DNA from: Planctomycetota bacterium
Lineage (GTDB): Bacteria; Planctomycetota; UBA1135
Assembly (NCBI GenBank): GCA_021776795.1
Contig: JAJFFC010000012.1
Span: 174,724 to 238,723 of the forward strand
Direction: 5' to 3'
Length of the DNA: 64,000 bases
A program made the position numbers and the translations under genes. The notes under the pieces were generated by a model. That model made no database searches. It had not been told where the DNA came from and saw only the letters and a program-made list of their open reading frames with translations. Shown in pieces: positions 17,590 to 26,857 of the stretch; the stretch's first letter is position 1; the number at the start of each line of letters is the position of its first letter.

Positions 17590-19082
17590 GCGCGCTTGGC
17601 CGAGGCTTTACTTGCGCCCCAACGAACGGAACGCAGCACATGCGGGTGGAGGAGAACCAACACCGCAATCAATTCTAAGCGTCCCATCCACATGCCTAAG
17701 GTCAAGATGTAACGAGCAATGGGATCCAGCGTCGCGAAGTTCTCCATCGGTCCGACTGCGCCGAAGCCAGGGCCAATATTGCCGACGCAAGCCAGACTGG
17801 CGCTGAAGGAGACCACGAGATCATTGCCAATCAGGGCCAGCAGAACACCCACAGCCAGGTAGGTCATGACATAGCACATGACGAGGTTCAAGATGGCGCG
17901 CATGGCTTCTTCAGGTACTGCACGGCCGCGATGGCGTAGAGGTATGACCCCGCGCGGGTGCAGCACCCGCGTAAATTCTCGCCACATGAACTTCAGGGTC
18001 AGTAATGCACGAATCGATTTGGCGCCACCCGCGGCCGAGCCTGCGCAGCCGCCAATCAGCATGATCACGACCAGGAGCGCACGCATGCCATCGGTCCACG
18101 GTTCTTGGGCGTAGTCGACGCTGGCATAACCCGTGGAGGAAATCAGGCTGGCAGATTGGAATAAGCTGGTGCGCAGGGACTCCTCGCCCGGCAGGCCACC
18201 CGCCAGAAGCACCGCAAGAGTGATTGCGATGGTGCCCAGAGCGAGAATGTAAAAGCGGAACTCGCCGTCGCGCAAAAATTCCTTTGGGCGGCGCGTCAGG
18301 CCAATCCAAATCAAGGGAAAGCTCATGCCGGAAAGGATCATGAATACAGTCAAAATCCATTCTGCCGTGGGGTTGGCATAGCCGGCAATCGACGCCGGAT
18401 TGGGCGAGAAGCCGCCCGCAGACATGGTGGTCATGGCGTGGCAAACCGATTCATATAGGGTCATGCCAGCCACACTGTGCAGCAGCATGATCTCGCACAG
18501 GGTTAGGAATACATAAAGCAGCCACAAACGACGCGCGGATTCACGCACGCTGGGACTGATGACATCGGCGGTGGCGTCGGAGCCTTCGGCGAACATGATT
18601 TGCCGACCTGCTACACCCAACTGCGGAAGTACCACGACGAACAATGCGATTACGCCCAAGCCGCCAAACCATTGCGTCATCGAGCGCCATAAGAAGAAAC
18701 CACGGCCGTATTGGCTGAAGTCCTGCAGAATGGTGGCGCCAGTCGTGGTGAGTCCAGACATGGACTCAAAAAAGGCGTCGACGTAGCCGAGTCCTGAAAA
18801 GAAGTAAGGGATGGCGGCAAAGTGCGCGACCACAAACCAGGAGCCGGCGACCACTGCCAAAGCTTCGGCACGCCGGAAGTCAGGTGCAGTTCCCGAGAAG
18901 GAGCGCAGCACGAGTCCACCGACCAAGGTGATGCAAGCGGCAATCGCAAACTCAGCACATTCCCACCAAGTGCCGACTTCGTGAACGGCATCCCAGGTGG
19001 CCATCGCCAAGGGGGCGAGGAAAGCCAGAGAGAACACCAGCAGCAAGCGGCCAATGACTCCGAGAACGAGGGCTAAGCGCAT
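17586..19082 (-). CDS. trkH: Trk-type K+ uptake membrane subunit TrkH
   Basis: 498 aa polytopic protein. Pore-loop-like motifs SGLTTTGATIL, MSAGGFS, SSTGYASV and GGCAGSAAGGAKSIR. Confidence 0.9.
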   Translation of the reverse strand: MRLALVLGVIGRLLLVFSLAFLAPLAMATWDAVHEVGTWWECAEFAIAACITLVGGLVLRSFSGTAPDFRRAEALAVVAGSWFVVAHFAAIPYFFSGLGYVDAFFESMSGLTTTGATILQDFSQYGRGFFLWRSMTQWFGGLGVIALFVVVLPQLGVAGRQIMFAEGSDATADVISPSVRESARRLWLLYVFLTLCEIMLLHSVAGMTLYESVCHAMTTMSAGGFSPNPASIAGYANPTAEWILTVFMILSGMSFPLIWIGLTRRPKEFLRDGEFRFYILALGTIAITLAVLLAGGLPGEESLRTSLFQSASLISSTGYASVDYAQEPWTDGMRALLVVIMLIGGCAGSAAGGAKSIRALLTLKFMWREFTRVLHPRGVIPLRHRGRAVPEEAMRAILNLVMCYVMTYLAVGVLLALIGNDLVVSFSASLACVGNIGPGFGAVGPMENFATLDPIARYILTLGMWMGRLELIAVLVLLHPHVLRSVRWGASKASAKRA

Positions 19083-19094
19083 TGGGAGGCCGAC

Positions 19095-20459
19095 TTACTC
19101 GGCTGGTGTGGGGGCCGTGAAGTTTTCGAAAAACTCGTGGGTGGCCTCAGAATCTTCCGCGGTGCAGAACACCAGAATATTGTCGCCGCCTTGCAGAGTG
19201 TCGCGGCCTTGGGGAATGATGACTTTGTCCTCGTGGAGAACGGCCCCGACGATGGCGGTTACGGGTGCGCTCATGGCATAGAGCGGGGTTGGCGGCAAGC
19301 CTTCCGGAATGGTCAGGCGCAGGACGCGAGCCTCGCCATGATCAAACTCGGCCATGAGGTCGCGGTCGGCACGATTGACTCGCCGCTCCACCGCGCGAAT
19401 GGCAGCACCGGTGGCACTACGGACGACATCAATCCCTACTTGTTCAAACAGCCATTCGTTCGAGGCTTTGTCCGCCCGAGTGAGGATGCGCGGCACGCCC
19501 ATGCGTTTCGCAAGCAGCGAAATCAGCAAGTTTTTTTCATCGCTTGAGGTTACCGCAATCAACACCGGCGAATCAGAGACTGCTTCCTGTTGTAGTAACT
19601 CGAGATCTGTGCCATCTCCAAGGAGAACCAGGGATTTCAGGCGTGGGGCGATGTCTAGCGCGCGCTGTTCATTGGATTCAATCAGCTTGACCGTCCACCC
19701 TGCTTTTTCCAGCCGTTCGGTCACGCCAAAACCAACCGAGCCGCCGCCCACCACGACCGCCTGTTGCGGATTGCGACCTAGGGTGGGGTCGACCAGGTAT
19801 TGCGTGAGCAAGCGATTGATGCCCTCTAGGCTGCCCATGGCGGTAATTTTGTCGCCCGCTTGGAAGCGGGTGTCGCCCTTGGGGATAAAGCCCTTGTCTT
19901 CGCCATGTTGCCCAAAGACCAATACAACCCCTCGTGGGATGCCAATCTCTTTCAGCGTTCCCCGAGTGATGGGGGAGTCTTCCGCAATGCGCCGCCGCAC
20001 CAAGCGCACGCGACCATTCTCAAAGGAATCGGCTTCGAGTGCACCGGGAACCATCACAATCTTGATGATCTCGCGACCGAGACGCACGGCAGGCAGAACG
20101 ACTTGGTCGATGTGCAGGGACCGCGCCAAAGCTTCGGCTTCCAGTTCATTGGTCTGCACTTCATGGCGACGCAAGAAACAAGTGACATCACGCGCGCCTA
20201 ATCGTTTCGCCTCCGCACAACTCACCAGGTTGCTTTCATCGGCTTGCGAACAAGCGACGTAGTAATCCGCGGCATCAATGTCCGCTTGCTTGAGGGTAGC
20301 CGCCGCCGTGATTGAGCCATGGTGCACGCGCACGTCGAGCTTATCTAAAGCCGTCTCGCGCGAGCCCGCAGGCAGAATCAAGCTGACCTCATGGTCGAGC
20401 ATCAAGGCTTCCGCTAAGCGGAAGGCCACCTCGTCGTCGCCGCCGATGGTGATTTTCAT
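19095..20459 (-). CDS. trkA: Trk system NAD-binding (RCK) subunit TrkA
   Basis: 454 aa with two RCK_N+RCK_C halves. The second Rossmann motif VVVGGGSVGFG is intact. The first reads ITIGGDDEVA, so its GxGxxG is degenerate. Confidence 0.9.
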   Translation of the reverse strand: MKITIGGDDEVAFRLAEALMLDHEVSLILPAGSRETALDKLDVRVHHGSITAAATLKQADIDAADYYVACSQADESNLVSCAEAKRLGARDVTCFLRRHEVQTNELEAEALARSLHIDQVVLPAVRLGREIIKIVMVPGALEADSFENGRVRLVRRRIAEDSPITRGTLKEIGIPRGVVLVFGQHGEDKGFIPKGDTRFQAGDKITAMGSLEGINRLLTQYLVDPTLGRNPQQAVVVGGGSVGFGVTERLEKAGWTVKLIESNEQRALDIAPRLKSLVLLGDGTDLELLQQEAVSDSPVLIAVTSSDEKNLLISLLAKRMGVPRILTRADKASNEWLFEQVGIDVVRSATGAAIRAVERRVNRADRDLMAEFDHGEARVLRLTIPEGLPPTPLYAMSAPVTAIVGAVLHEDKVIIPQGRDTLQGGDNILVFCTAEDSEATHEFFENFTAPTPAE

Positions 20460-20473
20460 CGTCTCAAAGGATA

Positions 20474-20502
20474 GCAGCCTGAGGACTAAATCCCCAGGCT
20501 GC
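20474..20502 (-). other. 8-bp perfect hairpin in the TPR-trkA spacer
   Basis: GCAGCCTG (20474-20481) pairs with CAGGCTGC (20495-20502) around a 13-nt loop. No T-tract follows on the minus strand. Confidence 0.4.
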
Positions 20503-20537
20503 CGTTCTGGCGCAATGACCAGTGTTTCAAAGGGTGA

Positions 20538-22001
20538 TTATTCCTCAGTTTCGCCTTTCTTCAGCTTGCGCAGATTGTTCTTGGCGTCACGTAGCGCGAT
20601 GGTGATGCGTTGCATGTCTCCTTCCGCAACCTCGTTGTTGTCGAGCATTTCTTGAGCCCGCTCAGCAGCTTGGATGTACAGCTCTTCCGCGTAATCCAGG
20701 CGCTCCATGAGGTAGTAATGGAAGATGACCGCGTAATCGTTCATGACCTGCGGATCGGTCGGTTGCAGCTCCAGGGCGCGCTGATATGCATCGCGAGAGG
20801 CTTCTGATTCGCCGGTTTCGCGCAGGAAGTAGGCGAGGTTGTTCCAGGCGTCGGCATAGTCTGGAATCGTGCCCACAGCCCAGCGCAGCAACACCACTCC
20901 AGTTTCGTAGTCTTTCTTGCCGGCTAGCCAGTTCATGTTCTGGGCCACAGACAAGCCGCCGTCACCGCCTGCTTGCTTGAGCTGCATGCGGTACTGGTTG
21001 CCAAAACCCTTGAGGTACTCGGCCCAGAAGCCAGCGGCTGCGCTGTAAGCGCGTTCGGCAGTGTCTTGATCACCACTGGTGGACTGCTGTGCGCCACGTT
21101 GCATGGCGCCATCGGCAAGGAAGTAGTAGGCATTTGAAAAGTCCGGGTTGATTTCCAGGACCTTTAGGAAGTCGTCCCGCAACTTCGGCCAATTGTCAGG
21201 GCCAAGAGCGTAGAAGGCGGAGCCGCGATACCAGTAGTGCAGAACCTCTTCGGGTTGAGCTTCGATCAACTTGTCGTAAACCGGCACAGATTCCGTACCC
21301 AGCCACTGATAGAGGACATTGGGGTCGACGCCTTCGGGGTCGTTGCTTGCGGCAGCAACCCAACTTTCGAGCGCTTGCTTCTTCAGCGGTTCACTGCTGG
21401 CGCCACCCTCGAGGTAGTCGAGCCACAACAGTTCCGCCAAGCGCAGGCGTGGCGCGGCAGTTTTTGGCGCCGAAGAAATCGCCTTACGGAAGCTCGCTTC
21501 CGCGGCTTGTTTCAGTTCCGCAGCCGATTCTTCGTTGCCGTTCTCTTTCGCGGCGCGGGATTTGGCGAGTTGTACACGGCCGCGTTGGGCCAGGAGGAGG
21601 GCATCGTTGCGGAAGGCGCTTAGGCCATCTTCCAAAGTTTTCAGGCTGTTGGGAATGTCATTGGCGTTGAGTAGCACTTCAGACCAATCGACCCAAACTT
21701 GCACCGGGGCATCATTGCACTGCGAGGCCTTTTCCAGGCGCCATGCCATCTCCATGAACTCATCGACAATTTCCAAGCCAGCGATGCGGCCTGCGGCGAT
21801 GTCATTTTCCAACTGGCGGGTGCCCCAAGTGGCGTAGGCATGCCACGCGCCAGCATCTTGGGAATCGGTGACGCCAGCATCTTCTAAGGTACTGACGGCG
21901 GCGGAGAATTGGCCCTTATCGCCAAGCGAGGAGGCGTTGGCGACGGCAGCTTCTAGGTCAGAAGCCTGCAGGGCAAAGGCGAGGACTAGGGAGGTAATCA
22001 T
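20538..22001 (-). CDS. secreted TPR-repeat protein
   Basis: 487 aa. N-terminal hydrophobic MITSLVLAFALQA. TPR-like helices (AWNNLAYFLRETGESEASRDAYQRALELQP). The C-terminal third is paralogous to the upstream gene. Confidence 0.6.
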   Translation of the reverse strand: MITSLVLAFALQASDLEAAVANASSLGDKGQFSAAVSTLEDAGVTDSQDAGAWHAYATWGTRQLENDIAAGRIAGLEIVDEFMEMAWRLEKASQCNDAPVQVWVDWSEVLLNANDIPNSLKTLEDGLSAFRNDALLLAQRGRVQLAKSRAAKENGNEESAAELKQAAEASFRKAISSAPKTAAPRLRLAELLWLDYLEGGASSEPLKKQALESWVAAASNDPEGVDPNVLYQWLGTESVPVYDKLIEAQPEEVLHYWYRGSAFYALGPDNWPKLRDDFLKVLEINPDFSNAYYFLADGAMQRGAQQSTSGDQDTAERAYSAAAGFWAEYLKGFGNQYRMQLKQAGGDGGLSVAQNMNWLAGKKDYETGVVLLRWAVGTIPDYADAWNNLAYFLRETGESEASRDAYQRALELQPTDPQVMNDYAVIFHYYLMERLDYAEELYIQAAERAQEMLDNNEVAEGDMQRITIALRDAKNNLRKLKKGETEE

Positions 22002-23794
22002 GGGTTCTCTTTGCGGAGTTCAGCGAGCACTATGCGCAGGCGCTGTACTCCAGTACGTTCTTCGTAGGGGAAATGTTTCACGCTTTGGCGTAGAAAGTGC
22101 TCAGATTCGCCAATTTCACCCCTACGCACGAGGTAGAGGTAGGCGAGGTTCTCCCAGGCATCGCCAACCGCCATATCGACGTACTCATGTTCCGATTCCG
22201 GAACATTTTCGTCCATTTCAGCCAGTGCAGCAGTGCCTAGGTCAATAGCCCTATGCAACTCTTGTTCCGCCAGGTCGTGATCTTCGTCGCGATAATAAAC
22301 CGCAATCAGGGCGCGGTCATTGACCACACGCGCATCTTCAGGGAGTAGCTCCACAGCACGGCTGTAGGCTTCCCAAGATTCCTCGAACAACTCCGCCGCT
22401 TGCTCGACGTCGCCGGCCTCCATGGCCATCACTCCCAAATCGCGACAGAAGAATCCCAGGTTGTTGCACCAGTTGCCTTCGTCATTGCGCACGGCGCAAA
22501 CTTGGCGCAAGAAGGACCGAGCATTCTTGAGGTCATTGGCGCGGAAGTAATCCGCCACGATGGCATCGATCGCCAAGTGCAGACTTTCTGGCGCCGAGGT
22601 TGGCTCTAGGCGCTCGGGATTCTGGCGCAAGGTGTTGAGCAAACTCGAGGCGGCATCATCGATACGACCCTCATCGCGCAAGGTCCAACCTCGTTGGGTA
22701 CGGACTAAGAACAACCAGTCTTCGCAACTGGATTGGTAGTCCTCACGCAAGGCCATCGCTTGATGGAAGCGGTCTTCGGCGCGATCCCAGCACGAAGAGG
22801 CCAGCAAGGTGTCGCCCACACTGCGCGCTTCGCGGCCCTGTAAATAGAGCGCTTCGCCGAGATACCAAAGCACGGTGGCGTTGCTCGGATGCGCGGCCTG
22901 TACCGATTCCAATACGCGAATGCCTGCTTCGCGACTTTGGTCCCCCAGCGGGCGCAGGCGTCCATAAAACTCGACATTCTCCGGGCTAAGCAGTAAGCCG
23001 GCTTGCAGAGAGGCCATGGCCTGGGTGGTCAGCCCTTGCCAGGCCGCGAGGTCACTAAGCGGGACAAAGGCAGCCATCAGGCCGGCATCGGCAGCGCGGG
23101 CCAGGGCGGTGGCACCATGTCGAGCAGCGGCCGGGGTGAGGGAGCCGGCTTGGATTTCGGCGATGGTCCAGGCCAAACCCGCCTGGCCGATGCTAAGGAG
23201 GTCGGCGGCGACTTCCGGGTCGCCGGCATCCAGGTTGTCGAGCAAGGGGCGCATGGCATTGGCCTTGGACCAGGCAGCCTTGCTTTCCCCGAGTCGTTGA
23301 TGGGAGTCTAGCTCTAGGCGCAGGCAATCGCGTTCGGCGGCACCGGCTGCACGGGCCGCTTGCGCGCGTTCCCTCGTGTCCAAGCACAGAGTCTCTGCCA
23401 GAGCAGGGTCGAGGCGGTTTGCGGCAAGTCGTTGGTCGAAGAGCTCGCGCGAGGCTTCGGCATAAAGCAAGGAGAACTGGGCCAACTGGTCGCTGCCAAT
23501 CGCACCTTCAGCTTCGGCATCATCGAGCTGATTCAGCACATGTTCCGGGTCTTGGCTGAGCTCCGCAGCCAAAGCTTCCAGGTCCAGGCCCGCCGGTGAA
23601 CCAAGAACTGCGCCTTCCTCGGGTCCGCCTTCCTCGGGGGCAGCCACCACCGGGGTCGTGCCTTCCTCTTCGGTATGGGGTTTAGGCGCGGCCGCGCAGG
23701 CGCCAAGGAGGCAAAATGGCAGCCAAATCCATGCCCTTCGAGGGGCAATTTGGCTTTTTTGCAGGGACAAGGAGAAATGTTGGCGGAAACTCAT
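21998..23794 (-). CDS. TPR-repeat lipoprotein
   Basis: 598 aa from ATG 23794 (the ORF track starts at GTG 23821). Signal plus lipobox-like WIWLPFCLLGAC. TPR-like repeats. Its stop overlaps the next gene's start by 4 nt. Confidence 0.6.
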   Translation of the reverse strand: MSFRQHFSLSLQKSQIAPRRAWIWLPFCLLGACAAAPKPHTEEEGTTPVVAAPEEGGPEEGAVLGSPAGLDLEALAAELSQDPEHVLNQLDDAEAEGAIGSDQLAQFSLLYAEASRELFDQRLAANRLDPALAETLCLDTRERAQAARAAGAAERDCLRLELDSHQRLGESKAAWSKANAMRPLLDNLDAGDPEVAADLLSIGQAGLAWTIAEIQAGSLTPAAARHGATALARAADAGLMAAFVPLSDLAAWQGLTTQAMASLQAGLLLSPENVEFYGRLRPLGDQSREAGIRVLESVQAAHPSNATVLWYLGEALYLQGREARSVGDTLLASSCWDRAEDRFHQAMALREDYQSSCEDWLFLVRTQRGWTLRDEGRIDDAASSLLNTLRQNPERLEPTSAPESLHLAIDAIVADYFRANDLKNARSFLRQVCAVRNDEGNWCNNLGFFCRDLGVMAMEAGDVEQAAELFEESWEAYSRAVELLPEDARVVNDRALIAVYYRDEDHDLAEQELHRAIDLGTAALAEMDENVPESEHEYVDMAVGDAWENLAYLYLVRRGEIGESEHFLRQSVKHFPYEERTGVQRLRIVLAELRKENP

Positions 23795-23807
23795 GGCCGA
23801 TGGCGTC

Positions 23808-23813
23808 ATTATA
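23808..23813 (-). promoter_or_regulatory. perfect TATAAT (minus strand) upstream of the TPR lipoprotein gene
   Basis: The reverse complement of ATTATA is TATAAT, 13 nt before ATG 23794. It abuts the GGGAG Shine-Dalgarno (23814-23818) of the divergent + strand gene. Confidence 0.35.
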
Positions 23814-23823
23814 GGGAGCACTT

Positions 23824-26730
23824 ATGACGGCACCCCGCACCCTTGACCGCGCCACGCGTTGGCTCGCAGGCCTAGCCCTGTTGGTGAGCATGGGCCTCTA
23901 CGCAGGCACCTGTTCCACTGGCAACCCGGGCTCCATCTTTGACCCTTCCAGCGTCAACGAGGGTGGCAATGGCGAGGGCGGCGGCCCAGTCCTGCCGCCC
24001 CGCGAAGACGGCCCCTCTGCGGCCCCAACAGACGGTTCGCTTCTTCTCGACGGGAAGCCCACCCTGACCGCGACTGCGCCTGCGGAGAAGGCAACCGGAG
24101 TCGACCCTGGCGCAGCCATTGCGCTGTGGTTCTCCGAATCCATTCGCCCCGACACGGTGAATGCTGTGTCCTTGCAGTTGCTCCCCAAGGGAGAAGCGAT
24201 TTCCGCCGTCCCTTTGACCTTCGAGTTGCTGGCGGGGGATCGCTGCGTGGTCGTCTTGCCTTCGATTCCGCTGACGCCGGACACCACTTATGACCTCGTC
24301 GCCACCAATGACCTCACCGATTTAGAAGGCAAGCGCTTTAAGGCTCCCACCAATGGTCGCATTTTGCGTTTCACCACGGACAAAGATGGCGTGAACTTGG
24401 CGCCCCAAGTGCTGGGGGTCTTTCCGCCCGATGGCGCCGGCGCCGTGCCGAACGACACCGATGTCGTCGTGGTGTTCTCCAAGCAAATGGATTTCACCGG
24501 AGTGACCTCTGCGGTGACTTTGCAAAACGCCACGGCATCGACCGCCGCGAGCTATGACCGTAGCGCAAGTGCCTCGAATCGCCATGCCGGGGATCGTGTT
24601 TTCACCTTCCCACATACCGATGACAACCTCGACTTAAGTGCGAGCATTGAATTGGCCATCGCGGACACGCTGACCGATGCGGCATTTATTCCGCAGGCGT
24701 TGGCGTCTTCTTTTGCCGCAAGCTTTAACACCTTGGGTTTTGCGCGGCCGGCCACGATTGGTTTCGATGCCGCGGCCTTCGCGCCCTTCACCCCGGCGGT
24801 GAATCTCGAAAACGTCGACATGTTCCCGGTGCGCGTGACCTTGCCAGTCTCGGTAACCGCCGCCGACACCACGACCCTGTTAGCGCATGAAACCGGTGAT
24901 TCGGTGCTGGTCAGCGATAGCCTGCCTTCGGGTGCGGGCACGGTGGACTTTGCGATGGACTTCACCAATCAAGGCGAGCCGGTGTTCACCGCAGGCAGTG
25001 ACATTACGCTTTCTGCTTACGTCGAGCGCAATGGCCGCCGCACCACGGTGCAGGTGTTGCGGGATAGCGAAGGCGATGAAACCAACGTCAACCATGACAC
25101 GGTGCGCCCCGTGTTGTTCTCCTACGGTCCGCCTTCCGGGCAGTTTGGCTCGCGCTTTGTCACCGACCTCGGAGCGCTGCGTCCTTATGGCCGCGCCAGC
25201 GAGGACATCGCCCAAACCTCGGTGAAGTTCCCGCCGACGGCAGCAGCCGTGGTGCGTGAAAGTGCCACGCCAGCAGGGGGAAGCTCCTTCATTGGACCTG
25301 CCTTTGCGAGCGGGTTGCCGGTAGAGGGCCCTTTGCCCTTCGAAGTCAGCCTGACCGATGTTGCCGGCAATGAAGCTCTGATTTCTTCGCCAGGTACCGT
25401 GGTCTTCCGTGGCTTTCTCGGCGCCGACAACCTTGCGACCAGTGGCGGCAATCTGCGCGTGATTGCCTTTGACCGCGACGGCCTGCAACTGCTCTCGGGG
25501 GTTAAGGCCTATGTGCAAAGCTTTGGCGGCGGCAATGCCGACTCTGGCATCACTGGTTCCGATGGCGCGATTGAGTTCACTGGTCGCAGCGGCAAGCAAA
25601 CCGTGACCCTGGTGGTACCCGGTTATGAAACCATGTCCGTGGTTGGTTTTGACAGCTCCTTGATGTCGCTACCCATGACCGCCGAAACCGCCGTCGCAGG
25701 TTCAGTTTCTCCTGTCGTCAGTGGCGTGAACAGCGGCATTGTCACGGTGGGGGGCAACCTACTAGTCGAGAGCAATACGGCAAGTGATCCCGATCTATTG
25801 CAAGAAGTCGACCTCGACAACCTGTTCTCGCCGGGCCTCAGTCAGCGCTTGCAGCGCCCGGCCTGGTTCGTGGCCTTCCACGAACTCCAGACCTTCCCCG
25901 CCGCCGACCGCTATTACCGTTTCGTTGGTTTCGATTCGCGTTCCCTGCTCGAGCCCTCGACCGGAGCAAGCTTGGTCGTGCCTTCGCTGGTCATGGCCGA
26001 GAGCACCAACCAGGTTGCCAGCGCCACCGATTACCAATATCCACTCAATGTTGCGCCGGGCGCAGGCCTTGGCGCGGCCAGCGAAAGCAGCGCTAGTGTT
26101 CTGAGCGCCGTGCCTGGGTTGATTGGCTTGGCCACCATCGGCGCTGGAGCTGTCGACCTCAGCGGGGGCGGCACCAATGGCGCCGCAGAACTCGAGTTGA
26201 GCTTGCTCGATGCCGCCGTTTTGGAAGGCGCTTCGGCGAGTGACATCCTGCTTCAGGTTTATGCCCAAGATGGCGATGGCGATGAAGTCGTCGCCCGCGT
26301 GCCGGCCTCCGTAACGGTGTCGCCTGGCGCGACTGCTGTGAGCCTGCCGGATATCCCTGTGGTCGGGGGTGCCTGGACCGGTGCCGCCTATCCCTTTACC
26401 CGTCCCTTCACCGACGCCCTCGGCGGGGGCCTTGGTCTTTATCGCATGACCATCGAGGATGATTCCACGGAAGGCAATCGATGGCAGCTGTGGATTGCCG
26501 CCACCTCCTCTGGCGGAGGCAGCTTGACCCTGCCTAATCTGCGCGAAACCAGCGGAGGCCCAATTGGCACCCCACCTTTGGACCAGTCGCCAGGAGTCTC
26601 CTGGACCGCCAGCCTCGAAGCCTTCACCCTGCCGGTGGGCTTTTTGGAGCGTTCCTTCTTCTTCACCAGCCTGGACCAGATCTCCTCGGCCTGGGCCCGC
26701 GCCGTTGCAGGCCCTGCCCTGGCCTTCTAG
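23824..26730 (+). CDS. large secreted/surface protein with N-terminal SbsA-Ig (Big_5)-like modules and a CarboxypepD_reg-like domain
   Basis: 968 aa. GGGAG Shine-Dalgarno 5 nt upstream. Signal WLAGLALLVSMGLYAGTC. Two modules of the type P-x-V/L...P...GV/AVP...I/V-x-V/L-x-FS-E/K-x-M/I. A later segment reads LRVIAFDRDG...GITGSDGAIEF...VTLVVPGYE. The rest is Ala/Ser/Gly/Thr-rich. Confidence 0.65.
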   Translation: MTAPRTLDRATRWLAGLALLVSMGLYAGTCSTGNPGSIFDPSSVNEGGNGEGGGPVLPPREDGPSAAPTDGSLLLDGKPTLTATAPAEKATGVDPGAAIALWFSESIRPDTVNAVSLQLLPKGEAISAVPLTFELLAGDRCVVVLPSIPLTPDTTYDLVATNDLTDLEGKRFKAPTNGRILRFTTDKDGVNLAPQVLGVFPPDGAGAVPNDTDVVVVFSKQMDFTGVTSAVTLQNATASTAASYDRSASASNRHAGDRVFTFPHTDDNLDLSASIELAIADTLTDAAFIPQALASSFAASFNTLGFARPATIGFDAAAFAPFTPAVNLENVDMFPVRVTLPVSVTAADTTTLLAHETGDSVLVSDSLPSGAGTVDFAMDFTNQGEPVFTAGSDITLSAYVERNGRRTTVQVLRDSEGDETNVNHDTVRPVLFSYGPPSGQFGSRFVTDLGALRPYGRASEDIAQTSVKFPPTAAAVVRESATPAGGSSFIGPAFASGLPVEGPLPFEVSLTDVAGNEALISSPGTVVFRGFLGADNLATSGGNLRVIAFDRDGLQLLSGVKAYVQSFGGGNADSGITGSDGAIEFTGRSGKQTVTLVVPGYETMSVVGFDSSLMSLPMTAETAVAGSVSPVVSGVNSGIVTVGGNLLVESNTASDPDLLQEVDLDNLFSPGLSQRLQRPAWFVAFHELQTFPAADRYYRFVGFDSRSLLEPSTGASLVVPSLVMAESTNQVASATDYQYPLNVAPGAGLGAASESSASVLSAVPGLIGLATIGAGAVDLSGGGTNGAAELELSLLDAAVLEGASASDILLQVYAQDGDGDEVVARVPASVTVSPGATAVSLPDIPVVGGAWTGAAYPFTRPFTDALGGGLGLYRMTIEDDSTEGNRWQLWIAATSSGGGSLTLPNLRETSGGPIGTPPLDQSPGVSWTASLEAFTLPVGFLERSFFFTSLDQISSAWARAVAGPALAF

Positions 26731-26813
26731 CCCACGCGCCCGAGGCGCTGTGCTATCCTCCCGCGACCCTATGCCCGGAGACCTCTTACTCTGGGAATAG
26801 TGGCACAAGAGTT

Positions 26814-26822
26814 TGGTATATC
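26814..26822 (+). promoter_or_regulatory. extended -10-like element TGGTATATC upstream of rpsO
   Basis: A TGnTATATC-type element about 36 nt before ATG 26858. AGAGG Shine-Dalgarno at 26847-26851. Confidence 0.3.
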
Positions 26823-26857
26823 GCCAAGCTCCAACGACGAGTCTCAAGAGGCCCCAA

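Noticed and set aside
20474-20502. 8-bp hairpin between the TPR gene and trkA as an intrinsic terminator.
   Set aside because: On the transcribed (minus) strand it is followed by TATCCTTTGAGAC rather than a U-tract. It is listed only as a hairpin of unknown role.
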